From a virus (lineage: Duplodnaviria; Caudoviricetes), in IMG/VR virus record IMGVR_UViG_3300044229_003513, positions 1 to 41,050 of that record: a stretch of DNA of 41,050 nucleotides. One strand, given 5' to 3'. The position numbers were made by a program, and so were the translations under genes. Below the pieces are notes generated by a model. The model had not been told where the DNA came from, searched no databases, and saw nothing but the letters and a program-made list of their open reading frames with translations. This document shows positions 18,653 through 27,441 of the stretch, one piece after another (within the stretch, counting starts at the first letter, position 1; the number at the start of each line of letters is the position of its first letter).

Positions 18653-18970
18653 ATGGATCAATCTGAGCGCAACAGACAGATGTTAGTCAGCATACGCCTC
18701 GGTGATCTAGTTACCCTTGAACCAAAAACAGTTAAAGATGACAGGATATCAAAGCCCTGTCTTTGGAAACCGATCAAAATTGTCACTTGGAACGAAGATC
18801 TAAGTTTCTTTTATAGTGGTTTATATTCAGAGATAGAGTCTGGAATAGTGATTAAAAAGCACATGTACACGATGTGGCATGGTAAACTTTTTCAAGGCGT
18901 AGAGATCATGACTTCACAGGGTTCTGCTATGCTAAGCATCTCTGATTTTAAAAGTATAAAAGTAATTTAA
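18653..18970 (+). CDS. Hypothetical protein
   Basis: Tightly packed ORF followed by a T-rich tract. Confidence 0.55.
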   Translation: MDQSERNRQMLVSIRLGDLVTLEPKTVKDDRISKPCLWKPIKIVTWNEDLSFFYSGLYSEIESGIVIKKHMYTMWHGKLFQGVEIMTSQGSAMLSISDFKSIKVI

Positions 18971-19007
18971 AAAGCTCTGGGTTTTTTTTATTTTAAAAAA
19001 GAAACTA

Positions 19008-19014
19008 ATATTTA
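19008..19014 (+). promoter_or_regulatory. Candidate late promoter ATATTTA
   Basis: Intergenic, 8 nt before ATG 19023. Confidence 0.5.
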
Positions 19015-19022
19015 CAATTGAT

Positions 19023-19307
19023 ATGCTTCCATCGTTTCCATACTTCGATTTTGATGTGTTTAAAAAAACCTCCTATAGAGACTTATATTTTGGAACCATC
19101 ATCAAAAACATCCAGAAAGAAAGAATCAATGACCCAGGTTTTATGAATCCAAGGGTAAAGAATCTTTTGCAAGATATAGACGCAGTTAGCGCTGAACTAG
19201 AAGCATACGCTTTGCAAAATCCGCTCGCAGCGCCTCCGACTGAGACTAAGAAGAAGATAGATGAAATATATGAGACTGCAAAGCGCTTAAGCGTTTATCC
19301 TGATTAA
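19023..19307 (+). CDS. Hypothetical protein
   Basis: ATG 8 nt after an ATATTTA motif, no SD. Confidence 0.55.
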   Translation: MLPSFPYFDFDVFKKTSYRDLYFGTIIKNIQKERINDPGFMNPRVKNLLQDIDAVSAELEAYALQNPLAAPPTETKKKIDEIYETAKRLSVYPD

Positions 19308-19310
19308 CGT

Positions 19311-19317
19311 ATACTTA
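19311..19317 (+). promoter_or_regulatory. Candidate late promoter ATACTTA (before rseP-like gene)
   Basis: Sits in a 17-nt gap, 7 nt before ATG 19325. Confidence 0.5.
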
Positions 19318-19324
19318 TTCACGT

Positions 19325-20131
19325 ATGATCACATTTATTTTAATACTTCTTGTACTTATTGGGATTCATGAGCTTGGGCATCTGGTCGCCGGGCATCTGC
19401 TTAAAGTGCAACCTAAAGTTTTTTCCATCGGGTTTGGTCCTGCCCTCATGAGATGGCACTGGAAAGGCACGCTCTGGAAGCTCAGCTTATTCCCCTTGGG
19501 TGGCTACGTTAGATTTAAGGGTGATCAAGATTTAGAATCAACTGATCCGACTACTTTTTGGGGTTGCGCTCCTTGGCGCAGAGCTGCTATCGCTTTTGCT
19601 GGTCCTGCAGTCAACCTCGTTTTTCCGTTCTTTCTCTACTTTTTCTACGCATGGGGGCACGAGGTGCCTCGAGGCCCAGATGATATTCCCCCACCACCGG
19701 GCGCACAAATTGCAACGATAGACGCTGCTTGGGCTGCTAACATCTCTTGGCGAATCACAACAGATATGTACGGCGCGATGTACGTAGGTGTAAAAGAGAT
19801 GGTAACAAAAGCACCTACTCAAGACACTTTAGGCGGCCCAGTGATGATCTATGAGATGTCAAAAGCAGCAGAAGAAACGACTGTAAAGCAAAAAGATTTA
19901 GGGCATGTGATCGACCTTTTAGCAATGCTCAGTATCAACTTAGGTTTTTTAAATCTGCTTCCCATACCCGCGCTTGACGGTAGTCACATTGTGCTGTCAG
20001 GCGTAGAGACTGTGACTAGAAGAAAGATATCATATCGAACTCGCATGCGCCTCACAATGGTAGGTGTTGTCATGCTAGTCTCAATCATGGTGTTTGCAAT
20101 CTATTCAGATGTCGCAAGATATTTTCTGTGA
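19325..20131 (+). CDS. rseP: Site-2 protease, M50 family (RseP-like) lacking PDZ domains
   Basis: HELGH, FSIGFG, PLGGYV, AGPAVN, LGGPV, NLLPIPALDG. Only 268 aa. Confidence 0.9.
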   Translation: MITFILILLVLIGIHELGHLVAGHLLKVQPKVFSIGFGPALMRWHWKGTLWKLSLFPLGGYVRFKGDQDLESTDPTTFWGCAPWRRAAIAFAGPAVNLVFPFFLYFFYAWGHEVPRGPDDIPPPPGAQIATIDAAWAANISWRITTDMYGAMYVGVKEMVTKAPTQDTLGGPVMIYEMSKAAEETTVKQKDLGHVIDLLAMLSINLGFLNLLPIPALDGSHIVLSGVETVTRRKISYRTRMRLTMVGVVMLVSIMVFAIYSDVARYFL

Positions 20132-20140
20132 GGCGCGCCC

Positions 20141-20554
20141 ATGAGAAACCTTTTAATAGCAATGACAGCTTTCGCTCTATTGAGTTTAGGGTGGTTTTCC
20201 CCGGGAAGTCGATCTGCTGACCTTATTATTCAAGGTCACGATCACACCTGGGTTGGTAGTTACGCAAATATTAGCTTGCAAATTGTACCTCCGAAAGGCT
20301 TGCAGTTGAAGGAGGATGCCCCGCTGAGATTGAAAGTGGAAGCGACGCCTAATCTAAAGACTTTCGATGATGTTTTACGGGCAAAAGAAGAAAATTTTGT
20401 ACAGGGTATTGCAACGTTTAGTTTGCTTGTCAAAGGCATCAAGCCAGGCTTAGGTAAAGTAACAGTCAGCGTTTCGTACTTCTTGTGCTCAGACACAATC
20501 TGCAAAAGATATTCCGACACAATTAGTCATCCTGTCTACGTCAAAAAAGACTAG
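20141..20554 (+). CDS. Exported beta-sandwich protein with CxxxC (DsbD N-terminal-like)
   Basis: N-terminal signal-like segment; KEDAPLRL; YFLCSDTIC. Confidence 0.5.
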   Translation: MRNLLIAMTAFALLSLGWFSPGSRSADLIIQGHDHTWVGSYANISLQIVPPKGLQLKEDAPLRLKVEATPNLKTFDDVLRAKEENFVQGIATFSLLVKGIKPGLGKVTVSVSYFLCSDTICKRYSDTISHPVYVKKD

Positions 20555-20668
20555 CGTCAATATTTTTCTGTAAAAAAAATAGCATAAATTTAACACAGTT
20601 CTCCGCTGCAAAATATACACATTTTTGCGCACAAAAAATCGGTTAATGATTAGTCAAAAACAGCATAC

Positions 20669-20675
20669 ATAGTTA
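20669..20675 (+). promoter_or_regulatory. Candidate late promoter ATAGTTA (before fibre gene)
   Basis: Context ATACATAGTTAA, followed by hairpin TGATAATG-ATCAA-CATTATCA (20679-20699). Confidence 0.55.
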
Positions 20676-20733
20676 AGATGATAATGATCAACATTATCAA
20701 TTAATCCTTATTACGATCGATTGGAGATCCGAC

Positions 20734-22311
20734 GTGAATTTAACACAATTACCCAATACCGGCGTAAGCAGGGACACAGCAACGACTGCTGCTCCTGCAG
20801 GTCTGGTTGGAGTCGCAGAAGCGCTTAATCAAACAGGCGTCTTCATTTACGCAAAACATGCAGTTAAAATTTGGACCTACAGCGGTGGAGCTTGGTCTGA
20901 AGCCACAGCCCTTACTGGAGATGTAGGCTCAAGAACGCACACTGTCGATTGGGCTAATGCTGATCGTCTTTGGATACAATCCCTCGGGCTTGATTCTGTA
21001 ACAGTGAGAATGGTTGCACAAACTGGAGCACTCGGGGCGGCACAGCTCGGAAGCCCAGTTAGTACATGGGCCAGCCTCACAGACACTCCAGGTAATTTCA
21101 CAGGCCAATCTGGAAAATACGTAAAAGTAAAAGATGACGAGACCGGCATTGAGTTCGTCGCCTCGGGTGCAGGTGGAGGAACACCTGGGGGTAATAATCG
21201 CCAGCTGCAGTATAACAACGACGGTTCTTTCGGCGGAACGATGGCTCTTTACTGGGATTCCAACTTTTTAAACTTAGGTGTAGGTACAAGCACGTTTAAC
21301 AACGACATGTCAAACAGTATCGCCATCAGTGCAGGCGCAAAACCTACAGCAGGCGAAGCGGGGCAAGCTACAATATCAGCAGCTCAAGCTTTGGTACCCT
21401 CCTACACTGATCTTAAACTTCTTTGTCACTTTGAAGACTTGACTGATTCCTCCACGCTAGACAATGGTTCTGCTGCGGTAACAGTCGCAGGTTCAATTTC
21501 CGCAGAGGAGGCGAAGTTCGGATCAAATTCGCTTAAGTCGGAATCTGGTGGAGCGACAGGAAAAGCTTGGTCAATAGCAGCCACAGGCGATGAGTACAAT
21601 CCAGGAACAGCAGACTTCACAATTGAGTTCTGGATGAAGGCAGGAGCAAGCATGGTGTCAGGTTCTAAGTTTGTTTTTGGTACTGACGGCTGGCGCTGGG
21701 GCGGTCCCGCAAGGCAAATCGCATTCTTAGGTAATAGACTCTATCAAGGTAATACTGCTTACAGTTCTGGACTGACTATACCGGCAGACACCTGGACACA
21801 CATCGTCATCCAAAGGCGAGCAGGAACTTTAGAGTACTACATGAACGGTGAAAACACCGGTACTAGCTACTCCAATTGGGGCGGAGATATAGATGACTGG
21901 TCAGGATTTCAAGTCGGAAGAGACGCATCCGACAATTATGGTTGGGATGGCTATATTGATGAGCTTGCTGTTGCCATTGGAACTGCAAAGTACACAGAAA
22001 ACTTTACGGTTGCTACTGAGGCTCACTCTTCAGACGCAACACCAGCCCCAGCAGAACTTTGGGTCGGTGACGGCAGCAACAACCTCACGCAAATCAGTCC
22101 TCACAACGCAGATAATGAATGGGAATTCTTCTCTAAGAACGTTGAAACAGGGCGAGTAGTTAGAGTCAACATGGAAAAAATGATTAAGCGCCTAGAAGAG
22201 ATTCACGGCGAAACATTTATGGAAGAGTGGTATGAGACTCCTACGCAAAACGACACAAGACAAATCATAGATGCATCTACAGTTCTACCTGACGCAAACC
22301 CGCCAGAATAA
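20734..22311 (+). CDS. Virion fibre protein with LamG/ConA-like jelly-roll domain
   Basis: N-terminal paralogy to ORF 6458; PGGNNRQLQYNNDGSFGG; DFTIEFWMK...WTHIV...YYMNG...GYIDEL; C-terminus TQISPHN...WEFFSKN. Confidence 0.75.
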   Translation: MNLTQLPNTGVSRDTATTAAPAGLVGVAEALNQTGVFIYAKHAVKIWTYSGGAWSEATALTGDVGSRTHTVDWANADRLWIQSLGLDSVTVRMVAQTGALGAAQLGSPVSTWASLTDTPGNFTGQSGKYVKVKDDETGIEFVASGAGGGTPGGNNRQLQYNNDGSFGGTMALYWDSNFLNLGVGTSTFNNDMSNSIAISAGAKPTAGEAGQATISAAQALVPSYTDLKLLCHFEDLTDSSTLDNGSAAVTVAGSISAEEAKFGSNSLKSESGGATGKAWSIAATGDEYNPGTADFTIEFWMKAGASMVSGSKFVFGTDGWRWGGPARQIAFLGNRLYQGNTAYSSGLTIPADTWTHIVIQRRAGTLEYYMNGENTGTSYSNWGGDIDDWSGFQVGRDASDNYGWDGYIDELAVAIGTAKYTENFTVATEAHSSDATPAPAELWVGDGSNNLTQISPHNADNEWEFFSKNVETGRVVRVNMEKMIKRLEEIHGETFMEEWYETPTQNDTRQIIDASTVLPDANPPE

Positions 22312-22332
22312 TTTTTTAAAAAATCTGGTATT

Positions 22333-22364
22333 CAAGAAGCCTGCCCATGTGGCAGGCTTTCTTG
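22333..22364 (+). terminator. Rho-independent terminator
   Basis: Stem AAGCCTGCC / GGCAGGCTT with 5-nt loop, followed by TCTTG, just downstream of the fibre gene. Confidence 0.75.
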
Positions 22365-22392
22365 TGTAAATCTTAATTTTGCTGCGTATAAT
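22365..22392 (+). promoter_or_regulatory. Sigma70-like promoter TGTAAA-N16-TATAAT for dnaE
   Basis: Perfect -10 box right after the terminator, followed by AGGAG SD and GTG. Confidence 0.6.
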
Positions 22393-22412
22393 ATGCGCAG
22401 GAGAAACAACAC

Positions 22413-25400
22413 GTGTCATTTAAAGATTTTAAAATACCAAACCGCTTCGTAGGCCTGCATGCGCATTCCGGTTTTTCAACCTATGACGGCCTTGGTTACC
22501 CTGCTGATCATATCGATTTCGTCCTAGAAAACGGCATGGATGCATGGGCGCTAACAGATCACGGCCACGGGTCAGGATTAGCTCATGCTCACAAGCATTA
22601 TGAGAAGATGAAAAAAGCAGGCAGGAAGTACCGACAAGTTTACGGTGTTGAGTTTTACTTTGTTGAAGATCTAGATGAGTGGAAGCGCCAATATGAAAAT
22701 CATCGTGCTCGCATTAAAGCCGAACGAGATGCAAAGAAAATTGAGGCTTTAGCAACAACTGACGTCAATGTTGACAATGAAGATGAGTTAATGTCTGAGG
22801 GCCACACTATTGAAAACGAAGACGAATCTAAACAGGGATCGAAAGGTAAGCCTGAGTGGATGCGTCGTTACCATTTGTGTGTCACAGCTAGAAATCCAAT
22901 AGGTTTGGCAAACTTGTTCACCCTTGTTAAAAGAGGCTACAAGGACGGATTTTATCGTTTTCCTCGCATTGATTTTAAGATGCTTAAAGAGTACGGCGAA
23001 GGTCTTAGCGTAACTACAGCATGTGTTGGCGGGATTTTTAGCGGAAGAACTTTCCAAGAATTTCCTGACTTGACATTCGACCAGCTCGGGCCCGAACTTC
23101 TTGACGATCCTGCCAAAAAAGCCAGTTTGATGAGAACCCTAGGTAATCTCACCGACCGCTTTGTTGATGCAGTTGGAGAGCAAAATTTCTTCTATGAAAT
23201 GCAATTCAACAAGCTTTCAGCACAGCACATGGTTAATCGTGCGCTAATAGATCTTCATGATCAAACAGGTGTCAATCTTGTTACTACTTGCGATTCACAC
23301 TATCCTACACCTAACAAGTGGGAAGCTAGAGAGCTTTATAAAAAACTTGGATGGATGGGCAAGGAGATGACACCTCTTCCTGTCTTTGATGAGCTTAAGT
23401 GTGAGCTCTATCCAAAGAATGCTGAACAAGTTTGGGATGAGTTTGAGATCGGCTGGAACAATTACGACTTTTATCATGGGCGCGAAGATCTTGTAAGAGA
23501 CAGTATTGAAAGGACACACGATCAAGTCTGGGATCGCTACCAAGACATGTGGGTGGATTCAAAGGCTAAGCTGCCGAATTATGCTGTGCCTCAAAAGAGT
23601 CATTCCTGCTACCCTTCTCCACCTGAAGAGACACCGTTCCAGCAGCTAGCGCTCAAGGTAAAGAATGCAATGATCAGCACAGGCCTTGCTTCTAAGCCTG
23701 AATATGTCGCTCGTGTCAAAGAAGAGCTTGATGATATCAAGTTTCTTGGTTTTGAGAACTACTTCTTGACTATGCATGACGTGTTTCACCTCGCAGCTGA
23801 AAAGACTCTGTTTGGTCCTGCTCGAGGTTCAGGCGGCGGATCGCTCGTTAACTATCTATTGGGCATCACTCAAGTTGATCCCATTCCATACGGTTTGCTT
23901 TGGTCCCGATTCCTTGGGCGACATCGAACTTCTTGGCCTGATATTGACTCTGATGCTGGTGATCGTGATGCTCTTATTGACGCAGCCAGAGAGCTTTTTG
24001 GTGAGGATGCAGTTATTCCTGTTTCCAACTTCAATACTCTTAAACTCAAGTCTATTGTCAAGGACGTTGCCAAGTTTTATGATGTTCCGTTTCAGGAGGT
24101 TAACGCTCTTACAGGCCCGCTGCAATCCGAGGTTGAACCTCATGCTCGAGATGCTAACACTGAGAAATCTGTGTTCGTCCTCACCCATGAGGATTGCATG
24201 AAGTACTCTAAGAAGTACAAAGATTTCATGGAAAAGTACCCAGATGTTGAAAAGCATGTGAGCACCTTGTTTATGGAACAGCGATCAATCGGTCGCCATG
24301 CTGGGGGTGTACTAATTGCTGATGAGCGTGAGCTTGAGCAGACAATGCCCTTGATATCAGTTCGAGGAGAGTTACAAACTCCCTGGACTGAAGGTATGAA
24401 CTTCCGCAACTTGGAAGATAACGGATTTATTAAGTTTGACTTCCTTGGTCTTACGCTGATGAAAGACGTTGAAAACTGCATTAAAAGAATCCTTCGTAAG
24501 GACAGTGGCGAAAACCCTTCTTTCCTCCAGATTAGAGATTACTTTGACAAGCATCTTAACTGCAGGTATGTCGAACAAGACGACCAAAAGGTTTGGGAAA
24601 ACACTTATCATAACTCGTCCTTTGCACCGGGCATCTTTCAGTTTACTGCTCAAGGTGCCAGAAACTTCTGTCATCAAGCTAAGCCTCGAAACATTGAGGA
24701 GCTTGCTGCCATCACCGCCATTTATCGTCCTGGCCCACTTAAGGCAAATGTGCACGTTAAGTACGTCGAAGCAGGCAAAGACATTGAAAACATTCAGTAT
24801 GCCCACCCGATTATCGAAGAGGTCTTAGGGCCAACAAGAGGTTTCATTACGTTCCAAGAACAGTTTATGACTCTCGCTGTTAAGCTCGCAGGGTTTTCAC
24901 CAGGCGAATCAGATAAGATGCGCAAAACTCTTGTGAAGAAGTCTTTGGACACGATTGGTAAAAAAGGCTCTGAGCGTGACCAGCTTCGAAAGCAGTTTGT
25001 CGAAGGTGCTGAGCGACTTCACGGCCTAGATCCAAAGGACATGAACGAGCTTTTTGACAAGATCGAGTTCTTCTCTCTTTATGGGTTTAATAAATCACAC
25101 GCCGTTGCTTACGCAATCGATAGCTACTACGCTGCGTGGTTATACACCTATCATCCTAGAGAGTGGATCGCTACGGTTCTTGAGTCTGAAAACAATTCAC
25201 CTCAAGGACTAGCAAAGGCCATCCGAGAATCCAAAGCGCTAGGTTATAAGTTTGCTCCAGCAGATGTAAACTATTCGGGAGATGAATGGACTTACAATAA
25301 AGAGTTGCAAGCTCTTATGCCGCCACTCTCATCAATTAAAGGTCTCGGTGACAAAGCGATGGATGAGATACTAGAAGCTCGACCATTCAAGAACTTAAAT

Positions 25401-26342
25401 GATCTCTTTTATGATAGCGATGGTGAGTGGCGTCACTCTAAGGTAAACAAGACTTGCTTTGAAGCGCTATGTCAAATTGAAGCCTTTTCTTCTCTAGAGG
25501 AGTTTAAAGAAGGCCAACTAGACAACCATAGGCAGTTGCTGCACATCATCTCAGAAAATTATGAAAAGATCAGAAAAGGTCGCACTGGAGAAGATAAGCT
25601 TCGTGAGCGCTTAGTTAGAATCGGTGAGCAAATCAAAGAAGAGTTCGACAAGATTCTGCGTGTTTACGAGAAGACTAAGATGTCCGATTTGCAAGAACAG
25701 GCGTCTCAACACATCTTCAATTGCAGTGTTGTTGACTGGTGTTATAGCGAGCACGCTGCAGATTTAATCAAGGGCATTGGTCATCCTAACCACAAGCGAC
25801 AAGCACAACTTGATAAGTGTTTTGAAAGGCTTGAAAACTACTACGCCAGAAGAGATAAGATTGCTGATAGAATAGAATCACTATTCAGTATTGACTCGTC
25901 TATTCTCGGAGTTTCTCACATCAAAGACTGGTCTCGAGACGAGAAGATAGTCTTGTACCAGCAAATAACTTCTGCTATCAATAATGCACTCGTCTTCCCT
26001 GCAGAAGTCATGCGTAGAATTGAAAAAGCTGATGTTAAATCATTGTGTGAAATGGTCGGTGGCGACAAAGGCGTTGCTTGGGGGTGTGCTACTGAGATCA
26101 TCAAAAAGAAGACCAAGAACGGCAAAGAATTTTACCGAATTAGAATGATGGACGATCAGAACAGGACTGCATGGCTTCGAGTTTGGGGCAAGTTCTTTGA
26201 CTGGGGTGAGGAGAGAGGTCAAAAGATCTACTATGAGCCACAACCTTTCTCTTACTGGCTCATGGAGACCGAAGTTGATCCAAACTGGGGTGCATCCTCA
26301 GCTGCTTGGAAAATGAGAAAGATACCTCTTTACGATGATTAA
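22413..26342 (+). CDS. dnaE: DNA polymerase III alpha subunit (family C)
   Basis: PHP domain LHAHSGFS..DG, ALTDHG, GVE, CDSHY; ARGSGGGSL; PDIDSD; GRHAGGV; KFDFLGL; GIFQF; YRPGP; YGFNKSHA. Confidence 0.96.
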   Translation: MSFKDFKIPNRFVGLHAHSGFSTYDGLGYPADHIDFVLENGMDAWALTDHGHGSGLAHAHKHYEKMKKAGRKYRQVYGVEFYFVEDLDEWKRQYENHRARIKAERDAKKIEALATTDVNVDNEDELMSEGHTIENEDESKQGSKGKPEWMRRYHLCVTARNPIGLANLFTLVKRGYKDGFYRFPRIDFKMLKEYGEGLSVTTACVGGIFSGRTFQEFPDLTFDQLGPELLDDPAKKASLMRTLGNLTDRFVDAVGEQNFFYEMQFNKLSAQHMVNRALIDLHDQTGVNLVTTCDSHYPTPNKWEARELYKKLGWMGKEMTPLPVFDELKCELYPKNAEQVWDEFEIGWNNYDFYHGREDLVRDSIERTHDQVWDRYQDMWVDSKAKLPNYAVPQKSHSCYPSPPEETPFQQLALKVKNAMISTGLASKPEYVARVKEELDDIKFLGFENYFLTMHDVFHLAAEKTLFGPARGSGGGSLVNYLLGITQVDPIPYGLLWSRFLGRHRTSWPDIDSDAGDRDALIDAARELFGEDAVIPVSNFNTLKLKSIVKDVAKFYDVPFQEVNALTGPLQSEVEPHARDANTEKSVFVLTHEDCMKYSKKYKDFMEKYPDVEKHVSTLFMEQRSIGRHAGGVLIADERELEQTMPLISVRGELQTPWTEGMNFRNLEDNGFIKFDFLGLTLMKDVENCIKRILRKDSGENPSFLQIRDYFDKHLNCRYVEQDDQKVWENTYHNSSFAPGIFQFTAQGARNFCHQAKPRNIEELAAITAIYRPGPLKANVHVKYVEAGKDIENIQYAHPIIEEVLGPTRGFITFQEQFMTLAVKLAGFSPGESDKMRKTLVKKSLDTIGKKGSERDQLRKQFVEGAERLHGLDPKDMNELFDKIEFFSLYGFNKSHAVAYAIDSYYAAWLYTYHPREWIATVLESENNSPQGLAKAIRESKALGYKFAPADVNYSGDEWTYNKELQALMPPLSSIKGLGDKAMDEILEARPFKNLNDLFYDSDGEWRHSKVNKTCFEALCQIEAFSSLEEFKEGQLDNHRQLLHIISENYEKIRKGRTGEDKLRERLVRIGEQIKEEFDKILRVYEKTKMSDLQEQASQHIFNCSVVDWCYSEHAADLIKGIGHPNHKRQAQLDKCFERLENYYARRDKIADRIESLFSIDSSILGVSHIKDWSRDEKIVLYQQITSAINNALVFPAEVMRRIEKADVKSLCEMVGGDKGVAWGCATEIIKKKTKNGKEFYRIRMMDDQNRTAWLRVWGKFFDWGEERGQKIYYEPQPFSYWLMETEVDPNWGASSAAWKMRKIPLYDD

Positions 26343-26520
26343 TCCGGGTGAACTAGTTCGTGTAACAAAAACCGCGATACAAGATAGCAGGTTTTTAAAC
26401 AAGGTCGGAATTCTAATACGAGATGACGGTGTTGACGATTGCGGAAACCCAGAAGTATTCATTCTTGTCGAAAATGATATAATATGTGTATACCCCGACG
26501 GATATGAGGTAGTGGAGTAA
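26335..26520 (+). CDS. Small hypothetical protein (SH3/KOW-like)
   Basis: MINPGELVRV...KVGILI; overlaps the dnaE stop. Confidence 0.55.
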   Translation: MINPGELVRVTKTAIQDSRFLNKVGILIRDDGVDDCGNPEVFILVENDIICVYPDGYEVVE

Positions 26521-26522
26521 AA

Positions 26523-27434
26523 TTGATTACTTTTCCTGTAAATAAAATTGCCCTAGAGGGATGTGATCTCTCAGGAAAAACAACGCTTTACAATGAAATT
26601 CATAAAAAATCAGGCTTTAAGTGGAACATGGATGACCGATCCGGTATTTCTATGTGTGTCTACTCTAAGCTTTACAACAGAGATGATTTTTACACTCGAA
26701 AAAATCTGCATCTGGAGATGTCAAATCTAAACAACCAGTTTATTCTTCTATATCCAGATATTCACACTATTCATGAAAGGTTTTTAAGCAGGGGCGATGA
26801 AGCACAAGATATCTCTTCTTTGAGTGATCTACACATCCTCTTTGGAAAAGAGCTTGAAAGATATTGCATGCTACCTAACTTTCACGTATTTCATTCAGGA
26901 CAAACAGAAGAACAGGCAGAAGAAATTGTAAGACGATGCCGACGCCTTGAAAACATTTCCGTAGACACAGTCGGAAACTATGTTAGAGAGTTTGCTAAGT
27001 TTCAACCTAACAGAGAGTCGACAACAGTTCAATTTCACTTCTACGATGACGGAACGTTCAGTTCAGTTAATGAAGGAATTCTTTTCACGCCAGGCGAAGA
27101 AGAATATTACCAAAAGATTAGGAATACTTTTTTGCAAAAGATTAAAAACGAGCTCAAAGGAAACAATCATTACGGTAGAAAAGAAACATCTAGTTCCAGG
27201 CGTTTTGTATTCGCAGGTGAAGAGTGCATATCATTTATTCAAGCAGTTTTTAGGGATGATTTGCTTGATGTGCACGCAGTATTCAGGTCTTCAGACACCG
27301 CACACAAAACAGGAACAGATATTCAACTAATACACATGCTTGGAAGAGATGCATTCGATCTTCTTGGTTTAGATGCATCCCGACACAAGGCACGCTTTAG
27401 ATTTAACATCAATAGTGCTCACGTACTAAGCTAG
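26523..27434 (+). CDS. Fusion of dNMP (thymidylate-like) kinase and minimal thymidylate synthase / dCMP hydroxymethylase-like domain
   Basis: P-loop ALEGCDLSGKTT and DDRS. C-terminal SSRR, ECISFIQ (Cys), FRSSD-x7-D, NSAH. Confidence 0.75.
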   Translation: MITFPVNKIALEGCDLSGKTTLYNEIHKKSGFKWNMDDRSGISMCVYSKLYNRDDFYTRKNLHLEMSNLNNQFILLYPDIHTIHERFLSRGDEAQDISSLSDLHILFGKELERYCMLPNFHVFHSGQTEEQAEEIVRRCRRLENISVDTVGNYVREFAKFQPNRESTTVQFHFYDDGTFSSVNEGILFTPGEEEYYQKIRNTFLQKIKNELKGNNHYGRKETSSSRRFVFAGEECISFIQAVFRDDLLDVHAVFRSSDTAHKTGTDIQLIHMLGRDAFDLLGLDASRHKARFRFNINSAHVLS

Positions 27435-27441
27435 GCAAAAA

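Noticed and set aside
18969-18995. Possible terminator AAAAAGCTCTGGGTTTTTTTT
   Set aside because: The stem is weak and relies on G-U pairs with a very short loop, so it is not called despite the U-tract.
6458-22311. Diversity-generating retroelement or invertase shufflon acting on the fibre genes
   Set aside because: No reverse transcriptase, recombinase or TR/VR pair seen; similarity is limited to diverged N-terminal domains.
1993-26342. Inteins or introns in nrdJ or dnaE
   Set aside because: No C/S...HN splice motifs or LAGLIDADG blocks seen, and the frames are uninterrupted.
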